Source: a virus (Duplodnaviria > Caudoviricetes). From it: 64,000 nucleotides of DNA. Shown here in pieces: positions 19,304 to 28,474 of this stretch. The DNA is taken from the IMG/VR virus record IMGVR_UViG_3300033068_001467, positions 23,794 to 87,793 of that record, one strand, 5' to 3'. Numbering within the stretch: position 1 is the first letter of the stretch; each line of letters begins with the position of its first letter. The notes beneath the pieces were generated by a model that was not told where the DNA came from, ran no database searches, and worked only from the letters and a program-made list of their open reading frames with translations. Position numbers and translations under genes: made by a program.

Positions 19304-19708
19304 ATGAACACAATTAACATCGAAGGAAGAGACTTTACAATTGAACAATTAAAAGAACTTATTAATAAAAATGAAGATAAGCTACAAAGAGTTTTCATAT
19401 TTAATAAAACAACAGAAGAAGAGTTTAATAAGAAATGGGACGGATTTGAAGACCATGAAAAATATGGAGCTTTAGAAAAATTAATAGTTAGTTTCTATAA
19501 TAAAGGAGAAAAACCTGATTGGAAAAACGAAAAACAATATAAATATTTTCCATATTTTGTTATGGACTCAGATAACTTCCGTTTCGATGATTACGACGAC
19601 TGTTGTACTAACGCGTTTACTTCTTCCCGCCTCGCTTATTTAAGAAAAGAAGATATGTTAGAAGCTGTAGAAGTATATTTAGATGTTTATAAAAAATCAA
19701 GATTATAA
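19304..19708 (+). CDS. conserved phage protein (KPDWKN..KYFPYF family)
   Basis: 134-aa ORF with a motif recurrent in Bacteroidota phages. Confidence 0.65.
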   Translation: MNTINIEGRDFTIEQLKELINKNEDKLQRVFIFNKTTEEEFNKKWDGFEDHEKYGALEKLIVSFYNKGEKPDWKNEKQYKYFPYFVMDSDNFRFDDYDDCCTNAFTSSRLAYLRKEDMLEAVEVYLDVYKKSRL

Positions 19709-19711
19709 GGT

Positions 19712-20683
19712 ATGAATCAAACACTTAAAAAAATAAACGAAGAGTCAATACTATTCTTTGATATAGAGGATGTTAGACAATCAAAAGAACTTATAGAAGG
19801 TTCTACTGAGTTTAACTTGTATAGAAAAAAAATAAGAAACAAGGAAACAGATGAATTACCTTCTGTTGAAGAAACTATAGAAAATTACAGAAAAAGAGGC
19901 GCACTAAAAATGTGCTACACTAAGATTGTATCTATAGGGGTGGGATTTATTAAAGATGACCAAGTTCACATAAAAGCATTAGAGGGTTCAGAAGAAGATA
20001 TAATTAGACAATTTTGTACTATTGCAAATTCTTTTGATTACATTTGTGGTGCAAATGTCATAGCGTTTGATATTCCAATGATTATTGTTAATGGAATGCG
20101 ATATTTTAATGTCTCAGAACACTTAAAAAACGAGTACATCACATCAGGAAAAAAACCTTGGGAATTAAAGGCAATTATAGACCTTTTAGACCAATTTCGT
20201 GGAACACATTATGGTAATTCATCTGTTGATGAGATGTGCTTTCATTTTGGATTAGAATCAAGTAAATCTGAAATTGATGGTTCGATGGTAAGCGATGAGT
20301 ATTGGAAAAATGGAGTTGATAAAATAAATACCTATGTAAAAAAAGATGTTTTTTCAAATATAAATATTTTTAAAAAAATGCGTTTTGAACAACCATTTGA
20401 AGCATTTATTGATAAGAATCAAAACACAACAGTTGAACCTTTTGTAGAAGAAAGACCAATATTACAGAGGATTTATACATCAAAGATAATAACAACAGAG
20501 GATAAAAAACAGATAGAAGAAGTCTTAAAAAAGAATAAACTGTCCAAAAAAGAAAAAGACATTGTATTTGATTTAATTAAAGCATCATTAGCAGAGATAG
20601 ACCAAAATTTCGGCGCAATAAAAAATCAAAAACAGATAGATGAAATTATAAACCAATTAAGACAAGAATTTGAAAGCAATTAA
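19712..20683 (+). CDS. DEDD 3'-5' exonuclease (PolB-exo-like)
   Basis: LFFDIED, GANVIAFDIP, YVKKDV: ExoI/II/III motifs. Confidence 0.8.
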   Translation: MNQTLKKINEESILFFDIEDVRQSKELIEGSTEFNLYRKKIRNKETDELPSVEETIENYRKRGALKMCYTKIVSIGVGFIKDDQVHIKALEGSEEDIIRQFCTIANSFDYICGANVIAFDIPMIIVNGMRYFNVSEHLKNEYITSGKKPWELKAIIDLLDQFRGTHYGNSSVDEMCFHFGLESSKSEIDGSMVSDEYWKNGVDKINTYVKKDVFSNINIFKKMRFEQPFEAFIDKNQNTTVEPFVEERPILQRIYTSKIITTEDKKQIEEVLKKNKLSKKEKDIVFDLIKASLAEIDQNFGAIKNQKQIDEIINQLRQEFESN

Positions 20684-21407
20684 AATAAATTTACCCAAAA
20701 AGTACGATTATAAAGAAGGTATTTCAAGACCCGAATATAAAAAGTTTGATGGGTGGAATAAAATAAGTTATTCCCAAAATGGTTCTTTTAAAGATTATAA
20801 GGAACAATATTTACAGGATTATATTTTAGGAGTAGGTACAGGGGAAAGTGGTATTTTTGCTAGCTTTGGGTCTGACTGCGGAGACTACCTAAATCCTTAT
20901 GATACAGGTGATTACCTATTACTTTCAACAGAAGATAAAGTTATTTTAGATACTCTAAAAGAAAAACACCCCTTTAATGCGGAATTTGAATATGAAATTT
21001 TAATTGATTTAGAACCTTTTGGATTAGAAAAAACGTGTGTTCAAGCTTTTACAGATAGGCAACACTATGTTGAAGATAAAATTCACATATTAGATTATAA
21101 AACATTAACTATAAAAACAAAAAGAGCTTACTACGAATCAGATGACTACAAACAGCTTTCTGTTTATGGATACGGTTTAGAAGAGTTAGGTTTTAAGATA
21201 GGTAGAACTTCAGTTACGGGACTTGGTAGACTTGGTAATACCACTGAACAAGGTAATAAAAATGTACTTAGACTTTCAGGAGAAATAATTGAGATAGAAA
21301 AACCTTACGATAGAGAAAAAGCAATTTTAGCTATAAAAGAGATAGTAGAAAGTTGTAAAGAAATTTCTGAGTATTGGAAGATTTATTCAAAATTATTTGC
21401 ACAATAA
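20670..21407 (+). CDS. PD-(D/E)XK (RecB/Cas4-like) nuclease
   Basis: AFTDR ... ILDYKT ... KQLSVYG (QxxxY). Confidence 0.75.
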   Translation: MKAIKINLPKKYDYKEGISRPEYKKFDGWNKISYSQNGSFKDYKEQYLQDYILGVGTGESGIFASFGSDCGDYLNPYDTGDYLLLSTEDKVILDTLKEKHPFNAEFEYEILIDLEPFGLEKTCVQAFTDRQHYVEDKIHILDYKTLTIKTKRAYYESDDYKQLSVYGYGLEELGFKIGRTSVTGLGRLGNTTEQGNKNVLRLSGEIIEIEKPYDREKAILAIKEIVESCKEISEYWKIYSKLFAQ

Positions 21408-21442
21408 ATAATTAAGTAGTATATTTGCAGAACAAAAATAAT

Positions 21443-21548
21443 AAATAGATTGACAGTTCTTAAAAGACAGCCTTGCTCGGTGTAAAGAGGTGTAGGGGAT
21501 ATAAGATTAAGGATATGTATTACACCACAGAATTCCTGCAATCTATTT
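21443..21548 (+). ncRNA. candidate small structured RNA
   Basis: After TATATTTG 21420-27; closing stem AAATAGATTG/CAATCTATTT; loops GGTGTAA and TTACACC are complementary; no ORF. Confidence 0.45.
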
Positions 21549-21587
21549 TTAAACTCAATTAAAACAATAAAAAAAGTAAGCAACTAA

Positions 21588-21930
21588 CATTGGTGAATAT
21601 CCAAAGCCATAAAAACTATAAGGTTAGAACACTAACAAGAAAGTGTGTTTGTTTACTGAGTATAATACGAGTATCTTGAACAAAGCGGTTGACTAAGGCT
21701 GTGGAGTAAGATTAGATAAAGTGTTCCTTAATCTTGAATAGGTGAGTTTTTTTAAAATATACAGAAACGGTAACTGACATGATAACCAAGTGAAAAGTGC
21801 CGTAGAAATAGAGCATCTTGGCAACGTAAATGCTTTCCAAATCTTAACGTTGTATATATTGGTTAGTACTATACCACATAGGAAAGGAAGTACATTTAAA
21901 GATTCAGAAGTTCCAATGGCATGGGCTTGA
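21588..21930 (+). ncRNA. candidate large structured RNA (~340 nt), family unassigned
   Basis: ORF-free, GC-elevated; at least 8 helices found by eye including end pairings CATTGG/CCAATG and AAGCCAT/ATGGGCTT. Confidence 0.5.
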
Positions 21931-22332
21931 AAAGTAAAAATATGATAAAGAGATTTTCATATCTGTTAGATAGAAGCTACACAAACTTTTCTTCTGTTTC
22001 TTTTTTTTTATTCGGCGCAAAAAAACATTAAAAACAAATAAAATGAAAGAACCGCAAATAGAAGATTTTTATGATGAACTAGACCCCAAGAGGAATATCA
22101 TCAACAGAGTATAATGAGTATTTAAAAGCTTTAGAAGAATATGAATGTAGTACAAGAGGAAATTTAGTATGACACTACATAAAGACATAGGTTATGACGA
22201 AATAGGAGAAGAATACTACGGTTTATATATTATAGACGAACAAGGTAAAATATTTTGTCAAGTATTCGAAGAAACAACAGAAATCTGCGATGAGAAAGCA
22301 GATAAAATTTTAGAATTAAATTACTTATAAAT

Positions 22333-22584
22333 ATGAGATTAAATAAAAATTGGAGAATTGATACAAGTAATGATAATTGTACATTAATCTTTTCAGAAGA
22401 GAGGATTAGAAAAGACGGTAAGGATAAAGGAAAAACTTATGTTTTTGAAGAACCTTATTACTATGCCACCATACCTCAATGCCTTAAAGCGTTTTTAAAC
22501 AAATCTTTAGAGAAAAGTAAAGATGTAGAAGACTGTCTTAAAAGAATTGATTTAGCTATGGAAGAAATTAAAAATTTAAAGTAA
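22333..22584 (+). CDS. hypothetical protein
   Basis: 83-aa ORF. Confidence 0.6.
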   Translation: MRLNKNWRIDTSNDNCTLIFSEERIRKDGKDKGKTYVFEEPYYYATIPQCLKAFLNKSLEKSKDVEDCLKRIDLAMEEIKNLK

Positions 22585-22585
22585 A

Positions 22586-22846
22586 GTGAAAAGATTATAC
22601 GAAAAATACAAGAATAAATTAGTTAGACTAAGTGACGAAGTTATTGGAACAATTGTAGGCTATTCAGTAAGTCATCTAATTCTTTTATTAGAAGAAGGAG
22701 TAGAAGTAAGTTACTCTTTCAGTTTGGATGATTTAGCTGAAGAAGAGTTTTTTATAGATATGGAAGCTATTGGTGATTGTGATACTTGTTTGCTGTCTTG
22801 GGTGGATGAAAATCAAATAAAGAAAAGAAGTGCAAATAAAGGATAG
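22586..22846 (+). CDS. hypothetical acidic protein
   Basis: GTG-start ORF in run. Confidence 0.55.
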   Translation: MKRLYEKYKNKLVRLSDEVIGTIVGYSVSHLILLLEEGVEVSYSFSLDDLAEEEFFIDMEAIGDCDTCLLSWVDENQIKKRSANKG

Positions 22847-23174
22847 TATTTTAGAATTATTTGAATCTGAATTATCTCTCACTTGTTTTGATATTGCTAA
22901 TCTCTTATCAGTTGATGTGAATTATGTTTTAAAAGTAGTTTATGAAGTATTCGGTAATTATCATTGTGATTTTAGTGATTTATATTTAGTTCCGAGTATT
23001 GATTTAAAAGGCTGTTTTTATCTTTTTAGCGGTTTCGGAGAGAAAAAATTAGAAATAGAGAACAACTTAATAACTAACAATCCAAGTCTATCAGAAAAAG
23101 AACTAATATTTTTAAGTAAAAATTATAATATTTATATTGAAGAAACAAGAACACCCTTTCACCTGGAGCTTTAG
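22830..23174 (+). CDS. hypothetical protein (possible N-terminal HTH)
   Basis: LTCFDIANLLSVDVNYVLKVV. Confidence 0.5.
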   Translation: MQIKDSILELFESELSLTCFDIANLLSVDVNYVLKVVYEVFGNYHCDFSDLYLVPSIDLKGCFYLFSGFGEKKLEIENNLITNNPSLSEKELIFLSKNYNIYIEETRTPFHLEL

Positions 23175-23302
23175 CTATGGGAGTTGTCAATTAAAAAGGT
23201 AATATGGAAGAAGAAACTTGGACACGTTGGTGTGAAGTATGCCAAATGATGTCAACATTTTCAGATAATAATCCTTATGGAACTTGTAACTGTAGTTAAA
23301 TT

Positions 23303-23506
23303 ATGACAAAAAATAAAATATTGTGGGAGATATTTCTTAAAGAAGATTGTTCTCAAATACAATTTGCGCAAAAAGTAGGAATGAAAAGAACTGCAAATAT
23401 CTCAATGTGGCTTTCAAATCAAAAAGATATTAGTTTTGAAAAGTTAGAAGATATAGCAAATAGATTAGGATATAAATTAAGTGTAAATTGCTTACAGAGA
23501 AATTAA
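23303..23506 (+). CDS. XRE/Cro-family HTH regulator
   Basis: SQIQFAQKVGMKRTANISMWLSNQKDISFEKLEDIANRLG. Confidence 0.75.
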   Translation: MTKNKILWEIFLKEDCSQIQFAQKVGMKRTANISMWLSNQKDISFEKLEDIANRLGYKLSVNCLQRN

Positions 23507-23511
23507 CCAAT

Positions 23512-23542
23512 TTTGAAAGTTAATGTTTAAGTTGTATATTTG
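23512..23542 (+). promoter_or_regulatory. Bacteroidota-type sigma70 promoter
   Basis: TTTG-N19-TATATTTG; 23492-23524 is identical to 53850-53882. Confidence 0.75.
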
Positions 23543-23592
23543 TCGGATAATTACAGAATCCTTTTTCTGTTTTATTTTTATCGGCAAAAATT

Positions 23593-23708
23593 GATTTTAG
23601 ACCCATCACCACAAAATCGTCAAAAATATTAAGGTATAGCCTTAACAATTAAGACTAAATGGATACGGAGTGATGGCTGTTGAAATTTAGTTTTTTGCGT
23701 TAAGGTTA
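23593..23708 (+). promoter_or_regulatory. kissing-hairpin element with no downstream ORF
   Basis: GATTTT/AAAATC stem with loop CCATCAC; TAGCCTTAAC/GTTAAGGTTA and ACTAAAT/ATTTAGT stem with loop GTGATGG. Confidence 0.55.
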
Positions 23709-23720
23709 TTTTTTATTTTT

Positions 23721-23953
23721 AAACTATACCAACCATAAAAGGTATCAAGCCAATGACTATGTAACGATGAGTGTGGCTTTTATAGGGTTTTATAACTGCA
23801 TCTTTGGAATAATAAGAAAACATAGCGGTGACATTTGAAGAGATTATTCTCGCAATCCTATGGTATAAAAGATAATAATATAGGCTACCCCTAAAGATTT
23901 TTAGAATCTTCTTCGCAGAAATGTGTCGGGTCAGAGAAAGACGATTGGTAGTT
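23721..23953 (+). ncRNA. candidate structured RNA
   Basis: AAGCCA/TGGCTT, CTTTTATA/TATAAAAG, AAGATT/AATCTT, GCA-GAAA-TGT and end pairing AACTA..CCAA/TTGGTAGTT; no credible ORF. Confidence 0.4.
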
Positions 23954-24392
23954 AAGGTTATTATTAAAATGCACAAAGGAAAAGTTAAATTTTTTAAAAA
24001 ATTTGATTTGTTCCTAATGGGGTTACTATATCCATTACTAAGGGGTTATTTAGGTGTTAGTTTAGTTAATTTGTGTATAAAATAAAATATAATAGTTTTA
24101 CACAATACAAAACTGTTCTTTTTATATGCCGAAAATTAAATAATGTATAAATTAATCTCTTTATTATTATCGTCTACTAACAAAGATTCGGCGCATAATA
24201 TAAAGGTAAAGAATATAAAAATAGATACAGTAAGAAAGAACTGTAGAAAAACAATAAGGAAGTAGTTGTTCTATTTTGTTTCGCCGAAGCTGTGCGGGGT
24301 TGTGAACGTAGATAAAATTGTAAAATAATCATTAAAAAACTTGCACATTTAAAATAAACTACTTATATTTGCAGAACAATAAAACCAAAACA

Positions 24393-25388
24393 ATGACTTT
24401 AGATATTTTAAAACAATATGAGAAAGATGGACTATTATATAGTCAAACTCATCCAACTCTACCTTTAAGCATTTATAATTATACAGATAAAGTTCAATGG
24501 GAAAATCTTTGGGATGAAATAACTTTACAATGTAGAGGTCTTGTTGTAGATGATTTAGGAAATGTAGTTGCAAGACCTTTTAGAAAGTTTTTTAATTTAT
24601 CTGAGGGTAAAACTAATGTAACAGAATCTTATGAGATTTTTGAGAAGCTGGATGGAAGCTTAGGTATACTTTTCTTCTATAAAAATCAATGGGTATTTGC
24701 TTCAAGAGGTTCATTTAATTCGGAACAAGCTATTAAAGGTAAAGAGATGTTAAATGTTGTTTGTAACTATAACCTTTTAAATAGAAATTACACATATTGC
24801 TTTGAAATAATTTATAAAGAAAACAAAATAGTTGTAGACTACGGAGATTTTGAAGGAGTTGTTTTAACAGCAGTTTTTGACACTCAAACAGGTATAGAAC
24901 AATCTCCTTACGAATATGATTTATTAACACCCTTAACATTTGACTCAGAGACATCTTTAAAAGATTTACATACAACTATAAAAGATACTGAAGAGGGCTA
25001 TGTAGTGAGATTTTCAAATGGAGAACGTTGTAAGATAAAAGGTGCTGAATATTTAAGACTCCATAAAATGATGTCAGAAATGTCAACCACGGCTGTTTGG
25101 GATTGCTTGAGAAATGGAGATAGTATTTTGACTTTATTAGAGGGTTATCCTGATGAATTCTTCGATGTTGTCGCTCAATATGAACAAGAATTAATAAAAG
25201 AATTTAAAGGTATTGATGGAGAAGTTTGGGAAAAATACCTACAGATAGGGGAAGTAGAATCTGACAAAGAGTTTGCAGAGATTATAAAAGATTATAAATA
25301 TAAACATATATTACTCTCTTTAAGAAACGGCAAAAGAATTGATGAGCAGATTTACAGATTAATTAAACCTGAATACAGAAGACTATGA
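24393..25388 (+). CDS. RNA ligase, T4 Rnl1-like
   Basis: EKLDGS (KxDG), FASRGSF, CFEII, EGYVV, KIK motifs; ATG 24393 after TATATTTG 24364-71. Confidence 0.88.
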   Translation: MTLDILKQYEKDGLLYSQTHPTLPLSIYNYTDKVQWENLWDEITLQCRGLVVDDLGNVVARPFRKFFNLSEGKTNVTESYEIFEKLDGSLGILFFYKNQWVFASRGSFNSEQAIKGKEMLNVVCNYNLLNRNYTYCFEIIYKENKIVVDYGDFEGVVLTAVFDTQTGIEQSPYEYDLLTPLTFDSETSLKDLHTTIKDTEEGYVVRFSNGERCKIKGAEYLRLHKMMSEMSTTAVWDCLRNGDSILTLLEGYPDEFFDVVAQYEQELIKEFKGIDGEVWEKYLQIGEVESDKEFAEIIKDYKYKHILLSLRNGKRIDEQIYRLIKPEYRRL

Positions 25389-26083
25389 ACATAAAAATAA
25401 CAAAAGAACAGCACGAAAGATTGTGTAACTTAGATTATGAAGAATATTTATTTGGTAGTCAATTACATGGTATAGCTAATGAAAATAGTGATTTTGATTA
25501 TGTGAGAGTTATTTCAGATGATTTTTATGGTAATTTTAAATCTTTGGCGAAATTTTTACCTAACATACACTCTTTTCAATATACAGAAAGTAAAGAAAAG
25601 CAGTATCTTTGGATGACAGAAACTCAGTTTTATAGGGGATTATTTTCAGGCGATGGAAATCTACTTGCTGATATAATATTATTAAACGAAACTCATAAAG
25701 AATATAAGAATAGATTACACTTATGTAGATGCTACCGAGTGATAAAAGGCTATATAGGTGTTGCCAAAAGGGATTTAAGACTGCATGGAGATTGGAACAA
25801 AAAACTTTTTCATGCTCTAAGAAGTTTGTATATGGCTGAAAAATTAATCGACAATAAATTACCTACGGTAGACGGAATTAAAATACTGTATAAAAATTAT
25901 TCTGAATCTAATTTACCCTCAAAAAATACATTAGTTGAAAGAGAAAAACTCCTAAGAGAAAGATTAAATAATATGCTTAATAAAAATGAAATAACATTAT
26001 TTCCTATATTTGACGAAGCGGACGATTTAGTAAATTTAATGTCACGAAATAATAATACAAAAGAGTTTAGATATGAAAGTTAA
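25385..26083 (+). CDS. Pol beta-superfamily nucleotidyltransferase (RlaP-like)
   Basis: FGSQLHG...SDFD (GS..DxD); KKLFHALR; adjacent to RNA ligase. Confidence 0.75.
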   Translation: MNIKITKEQHERLCNLDYEEYLFGSQLHGIANENSDFDYVRVISDDFYGNFKSLAKFLPNIHSFQYTESKEKQYLWMTETQFYRGLFSGDGNLLADIILLNETHKEYKNRLHLCRCYRVIKGYIGVAKRDLRLHGDWNKKLFHALRSLYMAEKLIDNKLPTVDGIKILYKNYSESNLPSKNTLVEREKLLRERLNNMLNKNEITLFPIFDEADDLVNLMSRNNNTKEFRYES

Positions 26084-26690
26084 AATATTAAGTAGTTTTC
26101 CAAAACAAACATACAACTTTGATAAAGTGTGGTTTTCAAGTGATTTTCATTTAAATCACGAAGCTGTTATTAAATTTGGGCGTAAGTTTGACAATGTTAC
26201 ACACATGAACGACCATATTTTAGTTGAAACTAATAAGCTTGCAAAAAAGAATGACTTACTTGTACTTTTAGGAGATTCGCTTATGGGTGAAAAGAATTAC
26301 AAACAATTTTTAGATAGTTTAGTGTGTGATAATATTATTATGTTATTTGGCAACCATTGTAATAGAGGTAAATTACAAAGTGCTTTATTTGAGTGTGATA
26401 AATTACTATACATTGGAGATTATTTAGAACTTAATATTGAGGGTCAAATAATTTGTTGTTCACATTTTCCTATGTTTAATTTTAACTATCAAGATGATGG
26501 CTCTTATCATTTACACGGACATTTACATGGAGATGAGAATAGTATAATAAAAGAAATTCATAAATACCGTTCTATGGATGTTGGAATAGATTCTTATTAT
26601 AATATGTTTGGGGAATACAGTTTATTTTCATTTGAACAAGTAAAAGAAATACTAAAAGATAAATTAATTATAGGAAGACATGAAAACTAA
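26073..26690 (+). CDS. calcineurin-like metallophosphoesterase
   Basis: SDFH, LGD, GNH, SHFP, HGHLH. Confidence 0.88.
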   Translation: MKVKILSSFPKQTYNFDKVWFSSDFHLNHEAVIKFGRKFDNVTHMNDHILVETNKLAKKNDLLVLLGDSLMGEKNYKQFLDSLVCDNIIMLFGNHCNRGKLQSALFECDKLLYIGDYLELNIEGQIICCSHFPMFNFNYQDDGSYHLHGHLHGDENSIIKEIHKYRSMDVGIDSYYNMFGEYSLFSFEQVKEILKDKLIIGRHEN

Positions 26691-27072
26691 AGAACTGTTC
26701 TTATTACGTGGAATTTGTGGTGCAGGAAAATCAACATTAGCTAAATCATTAGGAGGAAAACACGTTGAAGCAGATATGTTTTTTGAAAAAGATGGGCAGT
26801 ATATATTTGACGCAACAAAAATAAAAGATGCTCATAAGTGGAGTCAGCTTTTAGTAGAACATGGGATGAAGGATAATGAAGAAAGGATTGTTGTAGCTAA
26901 CACTTTTACACAAGAGTGGGAAATGAAACCCTATTACGAGCTTGCTAAAAAATATAACTATAAGGTTTTTTCTTTGATTGTTGAAAATAGACATGGTGGT
27001 GTAAACTCTCACAATGTGCCCGAAGAAATTTTAAATAAAATGGAAAATAGGTTTGAAATTAAATTAAAATAA
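26680..27072 (+). CDS. P-loop kinase (polynucleotide-kinase-like, AAA_33)
   Basis: RGICGAGKST Walker A; VANTF; HNVP. Confidence 0.85.
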   Translation: MKTKELFLLRGICGAGKSTLAKSLGGKHVEADMFFEKDGQYIFDATKIKDAHKWSQLLVEHGMKDNEERIVVANTFTQEWEMKPYYELAKKYNYKVFSLIVENRHGGVNSHNVPEEILNKMENRFEIKLK

Positions 27073-27089
27073 CTATATTTGCATAACAA

Positions 27090-27302
27090 ATGAGATACAC
27101 AATACAAAAAGGAGACAAATTTAAATGTATAAAAACATTTATAATGGATGACGGAGAAAAAGCTTATACTAAAGGCAAAGATTATTTTTCAGAAGTAAAG
27201 AGTTGTATAACAGATAATGCATTGTGTGTTTATCACAATATGGATAACGTTAAAGGATTTTTTAATTATTTTAAATTAGTAGAGGATGAAAAAACTAATT
27301 AG
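27090..27302 (+). CDS. hypothetical protein
   Basis: After TATATTTG 27074-81. Confidence 0.55.
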   Translation: MRYTIQKGDKFKCIKTFIMDDGEKAYTKGKDYFSEVKSCITDNALCVYHNMDNVKGFFNYFKLVEDEKTN

Positions 27303-27528
27303 CATTTTAGTATTAGGAACTGTATTCAGTTCTTGTGGAGAAAGGGACGACAAGGTAAAACCTATAGAAATTTATAGAAATAAAGGTGTTATAGTTATAG
27401 AAGAGCCTTATGATTCAAATAGCGGTAAAGGAAATATGTATGTAAGATGTAAAACAAAAGATTCTGTATTCACTATAGGTATTACAGATTTTGACGCAAA
27501 AAATTTAAAAGTAGGAGACACATTATAA
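27286..27528 (+). CDS. putative lipoprotein
   Basis: MKKLISILVLGTVFSSC lipobox. Confidence 0.6.
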   Translation: MKKLISILVLGTVFSSCGERDDKVKPIEIYRNKGVIVIEEPYDSNSGKGNMYVRCKTKDSVFTIGITDFDAKNLKVGDTL

Positions 27529-27530
27529 AA

Positions 27531-27812
27531 ATGGAAAATAAGCACTTAGAATCAACAGAAAAATACATAGAGAAACTAAAATCTATGGACTATACACAAC
27601 AACAAATAGATGAAGTAATAAAATTCAGAAGTGAAGCAGATATAATGCCTTTTGATATGTTTACAGAACTTTGGCGCAATCAAAAAATAGTACAGAGAAA
27701 AGCTAAATTAAAAACACCAAGAAACATTTTAGTTGTAGGAGACGAATTATTTTATTTAAATCATTACAACAAAAAATATGAATTGTGTGGAGAATTTAAA
27801 AACTTAGAATAA
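27531..27812 (+). CDS. hypothetical protein
   Basis: ORF in run. Confidence 0.6.
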   Translation: MENKHLESTEKYIEKLKSMDYTQQQIDEVIKFRSEADIMPFDMFTELWRNQKIVQRKAKLKTPRNILVVGDELFYLNHYNKKYELCGEFKNLE

Positions 27813-27815
27813 ATT

Positions 27816-28091
27816 ATGACATCAACATATAACGACGGGCTTGTAATTCACGAATTTGAATATAAAGAACCTGAAAGAAAAGACTTATTCTTAACTTGCT
27901 CTTGCGAATCAGAGCTTTTAAGATTTAGTAAGTGGGAAGACGAAGAAGAGGTTTACATAACACTATATTCCTATCTTAACGAAAAGTATAGTTTTTGGGA
28001 GAGATTGAAATTTTTATTCGGTGGAAAAACCAAGACAGCGGATGTAGTGCTGAGTAAAAAGGAATTTAATAAATTAAAAAAATGGAAATAA
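27816..28091 (+). CDS. hypothetical protein
   Basis: ORF in run. Confidence 0.6.
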   Translation: MTSTYNDGLVIHEFEYKEPERKDLFLTCSCESELLRFSKWEDEEEVYITLYSYLNEKYSFWERLKFLFGGKTKTADVVLSKKEFNKLKKWK

Positions 28092-28474
28092 CTAAAGAAA
28101 AACTTATCTGCGCTTTAAAATCTAATTTAGCACAAATTAATAAGGAATACTATTATGGAAGCAGTTATTCTGCTGAATTACGTTTAAAAGCAGGAGATTC
28201 TTACATAAGAGTCTACTCAGAAAGAAAACTTAAAAGAGAGACTATAGAAACAGAGGTAAATGTAAAGCCTAAATATTTTTGGCAAAAAACTGAAAAGAAA
28301 GTAATTGAAAAAGGTACACTTGTTTATGACGGATATAAATACTTTATCTCTTATGGTAAACAATTTGAAATTACAGAGGAAGAATATAACGATTTATTAG
28401 ATAGTTATAGAGATTATCAAAAACAAAAAGATTACAATACAATAGACGAATTATGCAAAACTACCAAGAATTAG
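28082..28474 (+). CDS. hypothetical protein
   Basis: ORF in run. Confidence 0.6.
   Translation: MEITKEKLICALKSNLAQINKEYYYGSSYSAELRLKAGDSYIRVYSERKLKRETIETEVNVKPKYFWQKTEKKVIEKGTLVYDGYKYFISYGKQFEITEEEYNDLLDSYRDYQKQKDYNTIDELCKTTKN

Noticed and set aside
20670-21407. Cas4-like nuclease as evidence of a CRISPR system
   Set aside because: No repeat-spacer array or other cas genes; stand-alone PD-(D/E)XK nucleases are common in phages
21588-21930. Calling this RNase P RNA or tmRNA
   Set aside because: Only partial motif resemblance; the canonical GAGGAAAGTCC core, the J12/13 element and a tRNA-like terminus are missing
23925-23945. GGTCAGAGA as a group I intron R element
   Set aside because: P, Q and S elements are not found in order and no interrupted host gene flanks it
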